A model generated the notes under the pieces. It did not search any database. It was given only the letters and a program-made list of their open reading frames with translations, and had not been told where the DNA came from. A stretch of DNA of 64,000 bases from an uncultured Oscillibacter sp. (GTDB lineage Bacteria; Bacillota; Clostridia; Oscillospirales; Oscillospiraceae), in contig CAQXTN010000004.1 of the NCBI GenBank assembly GCA_948916585.1, positions 2 through 64,001 on the forward strand. The letters run 5' to 3'. The stretch's first letter is position 1. Every line of letters starts with the position of its first letter. Below are positions 27,712-37,636 of this stretch, piece by piece. The position numbers and the translations under genes are program-made.

Positions 27712-28755
27712 ATGAAGAAGTTTCTCGCGCTGACCCTCACCTTGGTTATGGCCCTGTCCCTGGCCGCCTGCGGCGGCGACAAGGGCGGCGAAACCACGCC
27801 TCCTCCCGCCGATGACCAGCAGCAGTCCCAGCCCGCCGACACCGGCTCTACCGGCGGCGACGAAAGCTACAACATCTCCGTCATCCTGAAAACCACCGCC
27901 TCCGAGTACTGGGGCTACGTGGTGGCCGGCGCCGAGGCCTATGGCAAAGAGCACCCCAATGTGACCGTCACGGTCAAGGGAGCCACCTCCGAAACCGCCT
28001 ATGACGAGCAGCTGAACATGATCGAAACCGACATGAACAACGGCGACATCGACGGCTATGTCATCGCCCCCCTCCAGGCGGACATGGTGGGCAACATGAT
28101 TGCCGGCCAAACCAAGCCCATCGTGGCGGTGGATACCGACATCGACGCCCCCGAGGTCCTCTCCTTTGTCGGCACCGGCAACGAGGCCGCCGGCAAGCTG
28201 GGCGGCGAAGCCGCCGCGAAGCTGGCCAAGGAGCGCGGCTGGGAAGAGATCAAGTGCATCGAGATCGCGGGCGTCCAGGGCGACTCCACCAACGAGGCCC
28301 GTATGGCGGGCTACAAGGCCGGTATCGAGGCCGCTGGCGGCACTTTCCTCTCTGACGAGGTCCAGTACGCCAACGCCGTGGCCGACCAGGCTGTGACCTG
28401 CATGGAAGCCATTATCCAGAACCACCCCGAAGGAATCGCGGTCATCTGCGCCAACAACGACGACATGGCCATGGCCGCCGCCCGTGCCGCCGCTGCCTCC
28501 GGAAACGAAAACTACAAGAACACCGTGTTCCTGGGCTTCGACGGCATCCAGTCCGCCTGCAACTCCATCCTCGCTGGCGAGGAGACCATGTCCGTCTGCC
28601 AGGAAGGCTATGAGATGGGCTACCAGTCCGTGGACGCCGTGGTCCGCGCCCTCCAGGGCGAGACCCTGGATGAGTTCATCGACGCGGGCGCCAGCATCGT
28701 CGATCCCGACACCGCCCAGGCCCGTCTGGAGCAGCTCCAGGGTTACCTGGCCTAA
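27712..28755 (+). CDS. Sugar ABC substrate-binding lipoprotein (RbsB-like)
   Basis: Lipobox LAAC; ANNDDMA, GFDG. Confidence 0.9.
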   Translation: MKKFLALTLTLVMALSLAACGGDKGGETTPPPADDQQQSQPADTGSTGGDESYNISVILKTTASEYWGYVVAGAEAYGKEHPNVTVTVKGATSETAYDEQLNMIETDMNNGDIDGYVIAPLQADMVGNMIAGQTKPIVAVDTDIDAPEVLSFVGTGNEAAGKLGGEAAAKLAKERGWEEIKCIEIAGVQGDSTNEARMAGYKAGIEAAGGTFLSDEVQYANAVADQAVTCMEAIIQNHPEGIAVICANNDDMAMAAARAAAASGNENYKNTVFLGFDGIQSACNSILAGEETMSVCQEGYEMGYQSVDAVVRALQGETLDEFIDAGASIVDPDTAQARLEQLQGYLA

Positions 28756-28789
28756 TAACGTAAGCCGTACATCCCTTTTGAAATGAATG

Positions 28790-28838
28790 GAAGGGGCCCC
28801 GTTCCGGCTCCGCCGGATCGGGGCCCCCTTTCTCTTTT
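28790..28838 (+). terminator. Intra-operon hairpin/terminator after SBP gene
   Basis: GAAGGGGCCCC...GGGGCCCCCTTTC stem then T-rich tract. Confidence 0.6.
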
Positions 28839-28909
28839 CCTGTCACATATTTCCAAAACCCAGTGTGTTGCGAAACCCCTGATTTCCAAGAGAATGAGGT
28901 GATTATTAG

Positions 28910-30412
28910 GTGGGCGAATACGTAGTTGAGCTGAAAAACGTAACCAAACGGTTCCCCGGCGTCGTGGCCCTGCACAATATGCAGCTGGCCGTGAAGCCGG
29001 GCGAGATCCACGGATTGATCGGGGAAAACGGCGCGGGCAAATCCACGCTGATCAAGGTCCTCACGGGCGTTCACATGGCGGACGAGGGCGAGATCTATGT
29101 CCACGGTGAGAAAAAGGTATTCAAAAACCCCAACGAGTCCGCCGCCGCGGGCATCGCCTGTGTGTACCAGGAGCTGAATATCGAAAAGCTCCTCAGTGTC
29201 ACGGACAATATCTTTATCAACAAGTGGACCAAGAAGGGCTTCCTCCTGGACTATGAGGGCATGCACAAGAAGGCCGGGGAGGTCATGAAATCCCTGGGTC
29301 AGGACGTGGACCCCAGGAAGCCCGCGGGCACCTTCGGCATGGGCGTTCAGCAGATGATCGAAATTGCCAAGGCGGTGCTCATCGACGCGAAAATGATCAT
29401 CATGGACGAGCCGACCTCCTCCCTGGGTGAGAAGGAGGTCAAGCAGCTGATGGCTACCTGCCGGGAATTGAAGGACCGGGGCGTAGGCATCCTCTTCGTC
29501 TCTCACAAGCTGGAGGAGCTCTTCGAGCTCTGCGACCGGGTGACGGTCATCCGGGACGGCGAGTACATCGAGACCCGGGACATCCAGGACTGGACCAACG
29601 ACTCCCTGATCGCCTCCATGGTGGGCCGGACGCTGGACAACCTGTTCCCCAAGGAGTTTGGCAAGAAGGGCGAGTGCATGCTGAAGGTGGAAAACCTCTC
29701 CATCGGCGGCGTGCTGCGGGACGTCAGCTTTGAAGCTTACGGCGGACAGGTTCTGGGCCTCAGCGGTCTGGTGGGCGCGGGACGGACGGAGACCGTCCGG
29801 GCTGTTTTCGGCGCGGACCCCATTGACGGCGGAAAAATCTACGTCAAGGGCAAGGAGGTCCATATCAAGAGCCCCAAGCAGGCCATCGCGGCGGGCATCG
29901 CCCTGCTGACGGAGGACCGGAAGGGCCAGGGCTTGGTGCTGGCCCAGACCATCCGCACCAATCTGATTCTCTCCAGCCTCAAGCGGCACTCCACCGGCAT
30001 CTTCCTGGATGAGAAGAAGATCGAGGAGAGCGGCCAGGGGCATATCCAGTCCCTGCGCATCAAGACTCCCTCCATTGACGAGATCGTGGGACAGCTCTCC
30101 GGCGGCAACCAGCAAAAGGTCGTCATCGGCAAATGGATCAACAACGACGCCGATATCTACATCTTCGACGAACCCACCCGGGGCATCGACGTGGGAGCCA
30201 AGGTCGAGGTTTACAATGTTATGAACAGTCTGGTGAAGGCTGGAAAATGCGTCATCATGATCTCCTCCGAAATGCCGGAGATCCTGGGCATGAGCGACCG
30301 GGTGGTTGTCATGCGGGGCGGCAAGGTCATGGCCACCGTGGAACGGGACAGCAAGCATTTCAACCAGGAGGACATCATGAAAGCGGCTTGGGGAGGTAGT
30401 TTAGATGACTAA
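28910..30412 (+). CDS. Sugar ABC ATPase (RbsA-like, two NBDs)
   Basis: GENGAGKST, MDEPT, EDRKGQGL, LSGGNQQK, DEPTRGIDVGAK. Confidence 0.95.
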   Translation: MGEYVVELKNVTKRFPGVVALHNMQLAVKPGEIHGLIGENGAGKSTLIKVLTGVHMADEGEIYVHGEKKVFKNPNESAAAGIACVYQELNIEKLLSVTDNIFINKWTKKGFLLDYEGMHKKAGEVMKSLGQDVDPRKPAGTFGMGVQQMIEIAKAVLIDAKMIIMDEPTSSLGEKEVKQLMATCRELKDRGVGILFVSHKLEELFELCDRVTVIRDGEYIETRDIQDWTNDSLIASMVGRTLDNLFPKEFGKKGECMLKVENLSIGGVLRDVSFEAYGGQVLGLSGLVGAGRTETVRAVFGADPIDGGKIYVKGKEVHIKSPKQAIAAGIALLTEDRKGQGLVLAQTIRTNLILSSLKRHSTGIFLDEKKIEESGQGHIQSLRIKTPSIDEIVGQLSGGNQQKVVIGKWINNDADIYIFDEPTRGIDVGAKVEVYNVMNSLVKAGKCVIMISSEMPEILGMSDRVVVMRGGKVMATVERDSKHFNQEDIMKAAWGGSLDD

Positions 30413-31418
30413 GAAAAAGAGCGGGTCCGGGTTCCAAATGGGCACCCTGCTGGCCCTGGTAATCATGTGCGTAGTCCTGTCTGTGGCGAACTCCAACTTC
30501 TACAGCTACGCAAACCTTATGGGCATTCTGAAGCAGACGGCCTTCAACGCCTTCCTGGCGGTGGGCATGCTGCTGTGCCTCATCACGGCGGGCATTGACC
30601 TGTCCGTGGGCGCCAACGCCGTGTTCTGCGCCTGCGTCATGGGCGCTATGAACAAAGCAAACGTCGGAAGCGGCGTCCTGATGATGGTGGTGGCCATCGT
30701 GGCCGGCGGCCTGATGGGCTTCATCAACGGAACGCTCCTGACCCGCCTGCACCTGCCCCATCCCTTCGTGTCCACCCTGGGCATGAAGAACGTGCTCTGG
30801 GGCATGGCTTTGCTTGTCACCGGTAGCCAGATCGTCAACAACTTCCCCGAGTCCGTCCAGTTCCTGGGCAAGGCCACCATCAACGGCTTCCCGGTGAGCT
30901 TCATTGTGGTCATCGTCCTGTACATCATTATGCACCTGTTCCTCAGCCGCACGGCTCTGGGCCGGTCCATCTACTGCGCCGGCGGCAACATGGAGGCCAC
31001 CCGGCTCTCTGGTATCAACACGGCCAACGTCCTGACCTTCTGCTATACCATGTCCGGCGTCATGGCGGCCCTGGGCGGCATCGTCTCTGTGGGCCGTTCC
31101 GGCATCTGCAACGGAGCCAACGCGAATCTGCCCTATGACACGGACGCCATCGCGGCCTGCATCATCGGCGGAGCCTCCTTCACCGGCGGCAAGGGCACCA
31201 TGATCGGCACCATGCTGGGCGCGTTGATCATCGCGGTGCTCCGGAATGGATTTGCCTTGATGTCGATTGACTCCGCCGGACAGAACATCGTCCTGGGCCT
31301 GGTCATCATCCTGGCGGTATTCATGGACGTGGTTCGGGCCGGCATGGAGGCCAAGAACCGCCGTATGGCCGCCGCCGCCAAGCAGGAAGCCGAGGAGAAA
31401 GAGAAGGTCGCGAAATAA
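30405..31418 (+). CDS. Sugar ABC permease (RbsC-like)
   Basis: GIDLSVG, GGNMEATRLSGI, IAACIIGGASFTGGKG. Confidence 0.93.
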   Translation: MTKKKSGSGFQMGTLLALVIMCVVLSVANSNFYSYANLMGILKQTAFNAFLAVGMLLCLITAGIDLSVGANAVFCACVMGAMNKANVGSGVLMMVVAIVAGGLMGFINGTLLTRLHLPHPFVSTLGMKNVLWGMALLVTGSQIVNNFPESVQFLGKATINGFPVSFIVVIVLYIIMHLFLSRTALGRSIYCAGGNMEATRLSGINTANVLTFCYTMSGVMAALGGIVSVGRSGICNGANANLPYDTDAIAACIIGGASFTGGKGTMIGTMLGALIIAVLRNGFALMSIDSAGQNIVLGLVIILAVFMDVVRAGMEAKNRRMAAAAKQEAEEKEKVAK

Positions 31419-32434
31419 TGAACAAAGTAAAAGTCGGCGTTGTGGGCCTGGGCCGTCTGGGCAGGGTCCACGCCCAGAACATCCGCTATAAAATTCCCGG
31501 CGCGGACTTGACGGCGGCGTGCTCCATCGTCCCCGCCGAGCTGGAGTACGCCAAAACCGAGCTGGGCGTCACGGACGTCTACACGGACTACAAGGAGATG
31601 CTGGCGAAAGCCGACATCGACGCGGTGGTCATCGTCACCACCTCCAGCGAGCACTGCTGGCAGATCGAGGCCGCCCTGGACGCGGGGAAGCACGTCTTTT
31701 CCGAGAAGCCCCTAGGCGTGGACGTGGCCCAGTGCAAGCAGGCGGAGGCCGCCGTGGAGCGGCATCCGGAGCTCACCTTCATGCTGGGCTTCATGCGTCG
31801 CTACGACAAGTCCTATTCCTACGCCAAACAGAAGATCGAGGAGGGAGCCATCGGCACCCCCTATCTGGTGAAGGCCACGGGCATTGACCCGGAGGCGTTC
31901 GTGGAGGGAGCCATCCGGTTCGCCAAGAACTCCGGCGGCATCTTCCTGGATATGGCCATTCACGACATCGACCTCATGCGCTGGTTCCTGGGCTGCGAGG
32001 CAACCGAGGTCTACGCCATGGGCGCCACCTTTAAGCACCCGGAGTTCAAGGACGCCGGGGACGACGAGACCGGCGTTGCCGTCTACAAATTCGAAAACGG
32101 CGCCATGGGCATGATCCATGTGGGTCGGACGGCCCCCTACGGCTACCATGTGGAAACCGAGATCGTGGGCACCGAAGGGTCTATCCGCATCTCCGCCGTC
32201 CCGGAGAAGAACCAGGCCCGGCTGTACAACACCAACGGCGTGTGCGCCGAGTGCGTGGGCTCCTTCCCGGAGCGGTTCGAGGAAGCCTATCTCATCGAGG
32301 TCCAGGAGTTTGTGGACTGCGTGCTCCAGGGGAAGACCCCCGGGGTCAGCGTCTACGACGGAACCAAGTCCACCGCCATCGGCTACGCCACCACGGAGGC
32401 GTGGAGAACGGGCAAGGCCGTGAAGCTGAACTAA
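31418..32434 (+). CDS. Gfo/Idh/MocA oxidoreductase, inositol 2-dehydrogenase-like
   Basis: GLGRLG, EKP, GFMRRYD, SGGIFLDMAIHDID. Confidence 0.85.
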   Translation: MNKVKVGVVGLGRLGRVHAQNIRYKIPGADLTAACSIVPAELEYAKTELGVTDVYTDYKEMLAKADIDAVVIVTTSSEHCWQIEAALDAGKHVFSEKPLGVDVAQCKQAEAAVERHPELTFMLGFMRRYDKSYSYAKQKIEEGAIGTPYLVKATGIDPEAFVEGAIRFAKNSGGIFLDMAIHDIDLMRWFLGCEATEVYAMGATFKHPEFKDAGDDETGVAVYKFENGAMGMIHVGRTAPYGYHVETEIVGTEGSIRISAVPEKNQARLYNTNGVCAECVGSFPERFEEAYLIEVQEFVDCVLQGKTPGVSVYDGTKSTAIGYATTEAWRTGKAVKLN

Positions 32435-32454
32435 GCAACGAATTAAGCGATATG

Positions 32455-32489
32455 AAAAGCCCCGCTGTCGAGAGACAGCGGGGCTTTTG
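32455..32489. terminator. Bidirectional terminator
   Basis: AAAAGCCCCGCTGTC-GAGA-GACAGCGGGGCTTTT. Confidence 0.9.
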
Positions 32490-32497
32490 TGTACCGC

Positions 32498-33085
32498 TCA
32501 AGCAGAGCGGATAACATCTTTGTTTTTCAGGAAGTATTCCACCCCAGAGTACAGAGTCGTCAAGGTAATGACCCAGCCGCAGATAATGTCCACCCACAGG
32601 ATCAGGGGACGCAGAGCGGGGAACTGGGACGACAAATACATCTGCATCCGAGCCGCCTCAATCTGAGGCCCCAGAGCCAGCATCACCACGATACACACCA
32701 TGGTGGAGGCTGTTTTCACCTTCCCGGACCACCCGGCGGCAATCACCCGCCCGTTGTCCGAGGCAATCATCCTGAGGCCGCTGACGGCGAATTCCCGGGT
32801 GATCACAATCATCACCATCCAGGCGGGCATCCGCCCGCACTCCACAAACCACAGCATGGCCGCCACCACCAGGATTTTGTCCGCCAGGGGGTCGGCGAAC
32901 TTGCCGAAGTCCGTGACCAGGTTGTATTTCCGGGCGATCTTCCCGTCCAGCATATCCGTCAGGCTGGCGATGATGAAAATTGCCAGGGCCGCATAGTCCG
33001 AGCCGGGGAAGCCCCAGTACAGCACCGCCAGGAAAATGGGCGTCAGGATAATGCGGAGCATGGTCAGTTTATTGGGCAGATTCAT
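32498..33085 (-). CDS. pgsA: CDP-diacylglycerol-glycerol-3-phosphate 3-phosphatidyltransferase
   Basis: MNLPNKLTMLRI, TDMLDGKIARK, FGKFADPLADK. Confidence 0.95.
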   Translation of the reverse strand: MNLPNKLTMLRIILTPIFLAVLYWGFPGSDYAALAIFIIASLTDMLDGKIARKYNLVTDFGKFADPLADKILVVAAMLWFVECGRMPAWMVMIVITREFAVSGLRMIASDNGRVIAAGWSGKVKTASTMVCIVVMLALGPQIEAARMQMYLSSQFPALRPLILWVDIICGWVITLTTLYSGVEYFLKNKDVIRSA

Positions 33086-33357
33086 AGGTCCTCCTTCTCC
33101 GGATAAGGTTTGTCCTTCCAGTACCACCATTTCAGCTTCTCCGGGTCCCTGGTCTCGTGGTCCGCGTAGTACACCGCTGCCCGCCAGACGTACAGGGCGC
33201 AGCGGTCCTCCTGATAGCCCTTCATCAGACATTCTTTCAGATACAGCTCCTCCGGGTCCCGGCCCCGGAGGTCCGAAACCTGCCGGAGCCCCAGGGCCTC
33301 CATCACGGCGGCGGTGCGGGCTCCCACGCCGGGGATTTCCCTCAGGGGGCTTTTCAT
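33082..33357 (-). CDS. Small HhH protein, Cdd1/'pathogenicity locus' (mitomycin resistance McrB-like) family
   Basis: LREIPGVG...DLRGRDPEELY...DRCALYVWRAAVYY...KWWYWKD; 4-nt overlaps on both sides. Confidence 0.8.
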   Translation of the reverse strand: MKSPLREIPGVGARTAAVMEALGLRQVSDLRGRDPEELYLKECLMKGYQEDRCALYVWRAAVYYADHETRDPEKLKWWYWKDKPYPEKEDL

Positions 33358-34676
33358 ACCCGCTCTCCGGTGAGCTCGCCGTCCATCACCCCGGTGAGGC
33401 GGACGGTGACGAAGTCTCCCGGCTCCGGCTCCTCCCCGGCGGAGAACCAGACGCGCCCGTCGATCTCTGGAGACTCGGCGTAGCTTCGGCCATAGAACAG
33501 CTGGGCCTGGCCGTCGAAGCCCTCGCAGAGGACTTCCCGCTCCTCTCCCAGGATGGACTCGTTGTAAGCGTCGATGACGTCGGACTGCACGTCCGCGGCG
33601 ATCTCCGCCCGGCGGGCGGCTTCCTCCGCGTCCACATGCTCCATCTTCGCCGCCCGGGTTCCGTCCTCCGGGGAGAAGGGAAACACCCCGGCCCGTTCGA
33701 TTTTCTGTTCCCGGAGGAATTCGCACAGCTCCCCGAACTCCGCCTCTCCCTCTCCCGGAAGCCCGGCGATGAGGCTGGTCCGGAGGACCAGGCCGGGGAT
33801 GCGCCGGCGAAGGGTGCGGAACAGCGCCCGGATGGACTCTTTGGTGTCCCGGCGGTTCATGGCCTTTAAAATGCCGTCGTTGCAGTGCTGGATGGGGATA
33901 TCCAGGTAGGGGAGGATCTTCGGCTCCGAGGCGATGGTGTCGATGAGCTCCTCCGTAATCTCGTCGGGGTAGAGGTAGTGGAGGCGGATCCAGTGGAAAT
34001 CCAGCCGGCAGAGCTCCCGGAGCAGGGCGGCCAGCTGGTGCTCGCCGTTTAAATCCGTGCCGTAGCGGGTGATGTCCTGGGCAATGACCAGCAGCTCCTT
34101 GACCCCGGCGGAGCTGAGCTCCGCCGCCTCGTCCAGCAGCTCCGCCATGGGGCGGCTGCGGTATTTGCCCCGGAGGGAGGGGATGACGCAGTAGGCGCAG
34201 TGGTTGTCACAGCCCTCCGCGATGCGGAGGTAGGCGTACCAGGGGGGCGTGGAGAGGATGCGGGGGCCGTTTTGGGGGGCGGTGTGGATGTTCCCCAGAC
34301 GGCAGGGCCGGAGGCCGGCTTCCATGACCTCGGAAATGGCCTGTACAATGTCGCCATAGCTGCCGGTGCCCAGGATGCCGTCGATTTCCGGCAGCTCCTC
34401 CAGCACGTCGGCCTGATAGCGCTGGGCCATGCAGCCGGTGACCAGGATTTTTTTCAAGCTCCCGGCCTGTTTCAGCTCCGCCAGCTCCAGGATGTGGTCG
34501 ATGGCCTCCTCACAGGCGGAGGCCAGGAAGCCGCAGGTGTTTACCACCGCCGCGTCGGCCCCGGCGGGGGAGGGGGCGATCTCATGGCCTGCGGCCTGGA
34601 CTAGGGACATCATCTGCTCGCAGTTCACTTGGTTTTTGGCGCAGCCAAGGGAGAGGAAGTATACCTTATAGGGCAT
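33354..34676 (-). CDS. rimO: Ribosomal protein S12 methylthiotransferase
   Basis: SLGCAKN, VNTCGF, GCDNHCAYC radical-SAM motif, PEIDG TRAM. Confidence 0.95.
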   Translation of the reverse strand: MPYKVYFLSLGCAKNQVNCEQMMSLVQAAGHEIAPSPAGADAAVVNTCGFLASACEEAIDHILELAELKQAGSLKKILVTGCMAQRYQADVLEELPEIDGILGTGSYGDIVQAISEVMEAGLRPCRLGNIHTAPQNGPRILSTPPWYAYLRIAEGCDNHCAYCVIPSLRGKYRSRPMAELLDEAAELSSAGVKELLVIAQDITRYGTDLNGEHQLAALLRELCRLDFHWIRLHYLYPDEITEELIDTIASEPKILPYLDIPIQHCNDGILKAMNRRDTKESIRALFRTLRRRIPGLVLRTSLIAGLPGEGEAEFGELCEFLREQKIERAGVFPFSPEDGTRAAKMEHVDAEEAARRAEIAADVQSDVIDAYNESILGEEREVLCEGFDGQAQLFYGRSYAESPEIDGRVWFSAGEEPEPGDFVTVRLTGVMDGELTGERV

Positions 34677-35007
34677 GGGGGCCTCCTTTGCTTCCCCCTG
34701 CCAGGGGGGAGGGTTTTTTTTCGGCCCTTGCGGGCGGGGGGATTTCAGCCATGATGATGGCTGGTGCATTGCACCCCCCATTTTCTCTTTTTCTTCCAGA
34801 AGAAAACGAGAAAACGGGCCGTGCACGGTCCAAAAGAGAAAAAGAAGGATCGCCCCCGCGGGGGGGACGTGGGACGGGGGGCGCGCAAGAGGCGCTTCCT
34901 TCGGGTACGCATGCCTTCTGCCCGCGGCGTAGTCTGAACGGGGGTTTGGAGATTATCGAATGGACCAGCTCCTCTTTCCGCTGCCGCTCACCTGGCGGTT
35001 GGGGGTA
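34677..35007 (-). repeat. Structured intergenic repeat, copy 2 (ends at the rimO RBS)
   Basis: Core 34724-34847 is the reverse complement of copies 1 and 3; 5' block 34935-34989 shared with copy 1. Confidence 0.95.
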
Positions 35008-35073
35008 GATATCCGCCTTTTTCCGGGCCCGCTCTTCTACCGATAGGACACCCTGTGGGGCCTGACCCCTTGG

Positions 35074-35322
35074 TCAGGCCATTCCTCCAGGGTCCCCTCG
35101 CCATGTGGGGTCATCGGTAATGCCTACTAAATAGTCTGTGGAGACATGGAAATGCTCTGCCAGAATTACCAGCTTGTCAATGGTAGTACTGCGCCCACCA
35201 CTTTCCAACATGCTGATGGATTTACTTGTAAGCCCTAAAATCTCCCCCAACTGATGTTGGGTAAGACCCTCCGCTTTCCGAAGTTGATAAACCCTGTCTT
35301 TCAATAAAATGACTGTTTTCAT
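35074..35322 (-). CDS. XRE-family HTH regulator
   Basis: LRKAEGLTQHQLGEILGLT..SISMLESG...HFHVSTDYLVGITD; lower GC than flanks. Confidence 0.9.
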   Translation of the reverse strand: MKTVILLKDRVYQLRKAEGLTQHQLGEILGLTSKSISMLESGGRSTTIDKLVILAEHFHVSTDYLVGITDDPTWRGDPGGMA

Positions 35323-35331
35323 AAAAACCCC

Positions 35332-35381
35332 TTGACTATACCTTTAAGTAGGATTATAATACTACTTAAAGGTATGTTGAA
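35332..35381. promoter_or_regulatory. Overlapping divergent sigmaA promoters with 14-bp inverted-repeat operator
   Basis: +: TTGACT-N17-TATAAT; -: TTCAAC-N17-TATAAT; ATACCTTTAAGTAG (35338-35351) / CTACTTAAAGGTAT (35362-35375). Confidence 0.85.
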
Positions 35382-35396
35382 TAGGAGGATGCAATT

Positions 35397-35645
35397 ATGT
35401 TTGATATCTTGACTGCACTTCAATATGGTGAACTCACCGGCCTACGGGGCAAGATGCCCATGGAAGCGCCCTATACGATTGCAGAGGAGCACATTTTGCG
35501 CCAGCTGAATGCGCTGGAGCCAAAAGCGGCTGATGATTTCCAGCATGAAATACAGGCCCTGGCCCTGGAACAGCGGAACGCGGCGTTTCATACCGGCGTC
35601 CGTTTTGGTGCACAGCTCATGGCACAGCTGTTAGAAGATTTTTAA
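35397..35645 (+). CDS. Small helical protein, DUF6809-like
   Basis: AGGAGG RBS; C-terminal AFHTGVRFGAQLMAQLL motif; family name from recall. Confidence 0.75.
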   Translation: MFDILTALQYGELTGLRGKMPMEAPYTIAEEHILRQLNALEPKAADDFQHEIQALALEQRNAAFHTGVRFGAQLMAQLLEDF

Positions 35646-36262
35646 TCCTCTTGCGTCTCCTCCCCCAGACGCCTCCAGGCGGCCTTAACCTCCCCCCAGG
35701 GGAAGCCCCTGCGCAGCAGCGCATTGGTCAGCCGCCGCTTTTCCTTCTCGTCCGGTGTGCGGCCCCGGAGCTTGCTTCGGAGAAACGCGTCCACCTGCCC
35801 GCCGTCCTCGGGAAGCTCCTCCAGCGCGTCCTCCCACAGCTCCCGGGGGACGCCTTTTTCATAGAGCTTCTCCCGCACCCGGGCGGGGCCGTAGCCCAGC
35901 CGGGAGTAGTGCCGGACCAGGGCGGCGGCGTATTCCGCGTCGTTCAGAGCCCCGATGGCCTCCAGCCACTCGGCGGCGTAGCGGGCCTCCGTCTCGCTGG
36001 CCCCCTTCTCCTGGAGCTTCCGCTCCAGATCCCGGCGGCTCATGGCCCGCTTGCCGATGAGATCCGCCGCCGCCGCCCGGGTGTTGGAGACTCCGGCGGC
36101 CTCCTTCAGCCGCTTCAGGGCCTCCTCATCCAGCTCGTCCCCGGAGCGGAGGCCGAAGTCCAGCAGCTCCTGCTCCGTGATCTTCAAACAGGCCCCATCC
36201 TCCAGAAAGACCAGGACGCGGCCCTTTTTATGCTTCGACGCCTCTACTCGCTCTACCCGCAT
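35642..36262 (-). CDS. recX: Regulatory protein RecX
   Basis: Directly downstream of recA; LNDAEYA, YGPARVREKLYEKG, LLRRGF. Confidence 0.9.
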   Translation of the reverse strand: MRVERVEASKHKKGRVLVFLEDGACLKITEQELLDFGLRSGDELDEEALKRLKEAAGVSNTRAAAADLIGKRAMSRRDLERKLQEKGASETEARYAAEWLEAIGALNDAEYAAALVRHYSRLGYGPARVREKLYEKGVPRELWEDALEELPEDGGQVDAFLRSKLRGRTPDEKEKRRLTNALLRRGFPWGEVKAAWRRLGEETQED

Positions 36263-36264
36263 GG

Positions 36265-37374
36265 TCAGTTGCCGGAGTCGTCGAAGTCATCGGCGCTGAC
36301 GTCCACGGCCCGCCCGGCGGCCTTGGCGGCGGCCCGGGCCTGGTTGCTCATGAGCTTGTCGAAGTTCTTGCGGATGTCCGCCTCCAGCTGATCCCGAATC
36401 TCCGGGTTTTCCTGGAGGTACTTCTTTGCCGCCTCCCGACCCTGGCCGATGCGGGTCTCGCCCATGGAGAACCAGGAGCCCGCCTTCTGCACCAGATCCA
36501 GCTTCACGCCCAGGTCGATGAGCTCGCTCTCCCGGACGATGCCCTCGCCGTACATGATGTCGAACTCCGCCTCCCGGAAGGGGGGCGCCATTTTGTTCTT
36601 TACCACCTTGGCCCGGGTCCGGTTGCCGATGAGCTCGCTGCCGTTTTTGATGGCCTCGATCCGCCGCACGTCGATGCGGACGGAGGCGTAGAACTTCAGC
36701 GCCCGGCCGCCGGTGGTGACCTCCGGGTTGCCATACATAACGCCCACCTTTTCCCGGAGCTGGTTGATGAAAATGACGATGGTGTTGGTTTTACCGATGG
36801 CACCCGTCAGCTTCCGCAGGGCCTGGCTCATGAGCCGGGCGTGGAGACCCACGTAGCTGTCGCCCATCTCGCCCTCAATCTCCGCCCGGGGCACCAGAGC
36901 GGCCACGCTGTCCACTACAATCACGTCAATGGCCCCGGAGCGGACCAGAGCCTCCGTGATTTCCAGGGCCTGCTCGCCGGTGTCCGGCTGGGAGATCAGC
37001 ATGTCCTCCACCTTCACCCCCAGGGCGTGAGCGTAGGTGGGGTCCAGTGCGTGCTCCGCGTCCACGAAGGCCACCTCGCCTCCCCGCTTCTGGGCCTCCG
37101 CCACCACGTGGAGGGCCAGGGTGGTCTTGCCGGAGGATTCCGGCCCGTAAATCTCGATGATGCGCCCCTTGGGGAGCCCGCCGATGCCAAGAGCCACGTC
37201 CAGGGCCAGGGAGCCGGTGGGGATAAACTCCACATTCAGGGCCGTCCGGTCTCCCAGGCGCATGATAGAGCCTTTTCCATACATTTTTTCGATCTGGCTC
37301 ATGGCGCTGTCGATGGCCTTTTTCTTATCCGCCGCCGGAGCCGCGCTGGGCAGGGGCGCTTTCTCTTTTGCCAT
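36265..37374 (-). CDS. recA: Recombinase A
   Basis: [34 protein letters not shown]. Confidence 0.98.
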   Translation of the reverse strand: MAKEKAPLPSAAPAADKKKAIDSAMSQIEKMYGKGSIMRLGDRTALNVEFIPTGSLALDVALGIGGLPKGRIIEIYGPESSGKTTLALHVVAEAQKRGGEVAFVDAEHALDPTYAHALGVKVEDMLISQPDTGEQALEITEALVRSGAIDVIVVDSVAALVPRAEIEGEMGDSYVGLHARLMSQALRKLTGAIGKTNTIVIFINQLREKVGVMYGNPEVTTGGRALKFYASVRIDVRRIEAIKNGSELIGNRTRAKVVKNKMAPPFREAEFDIMYGEGIVRESELIDLGVKLDLVQKAGSWFSMGETRIGQGREAAKKYLQENPEIRDQLEADIRKNFDKLMSNQARAAAKAAGRAVDVSADDFDDSGN

Positions 37375-37430
37375 GCTGATTTCCTCCTGATATGATACAA
37401 ATAGTAGTTCAATCCCTTTAGACGCGCCGC

Positions 37431-37625
37431 TTAAAAATCCTCCGGCTCCCGGGGGAAGATGGCGGCGCAGAGGATATAGGCGATGATGCCGCTTGTTCCC
37501 ATGGCGGTGAAAATAATCCAGGCCAGCCGCACCAGGGTGGGGTCCAGGCCGAAGTACTGGGCGATGCCGCCACACACGCCGTCTACCATTTTGCCTTGGT
37601 TGATCTTGTAGAGTCTCTTTTCCAT
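37431..37625 (-). CDS. PspC-domain protein
   Basis: KRLYK...[18 protein letters not shown]. Confidence 0.9.
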   Translation of the reverse strand: MEKRLYKINQGKMVDGVCGGIAQYFGLDPTLVRLAWIIFTAMGTSGIIAYILCAAIFPREPEDF

Positions 37626-37636
37626 GACGCTCCTCC

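Noticed and set aside
37398..37411. LexA box upstream of recA (TGAACTACTATTTG on minus)
   Set aside because: Only the GAAC half matches GAAC-N4-GTTC; too weak to call without a lineage-specific matrix
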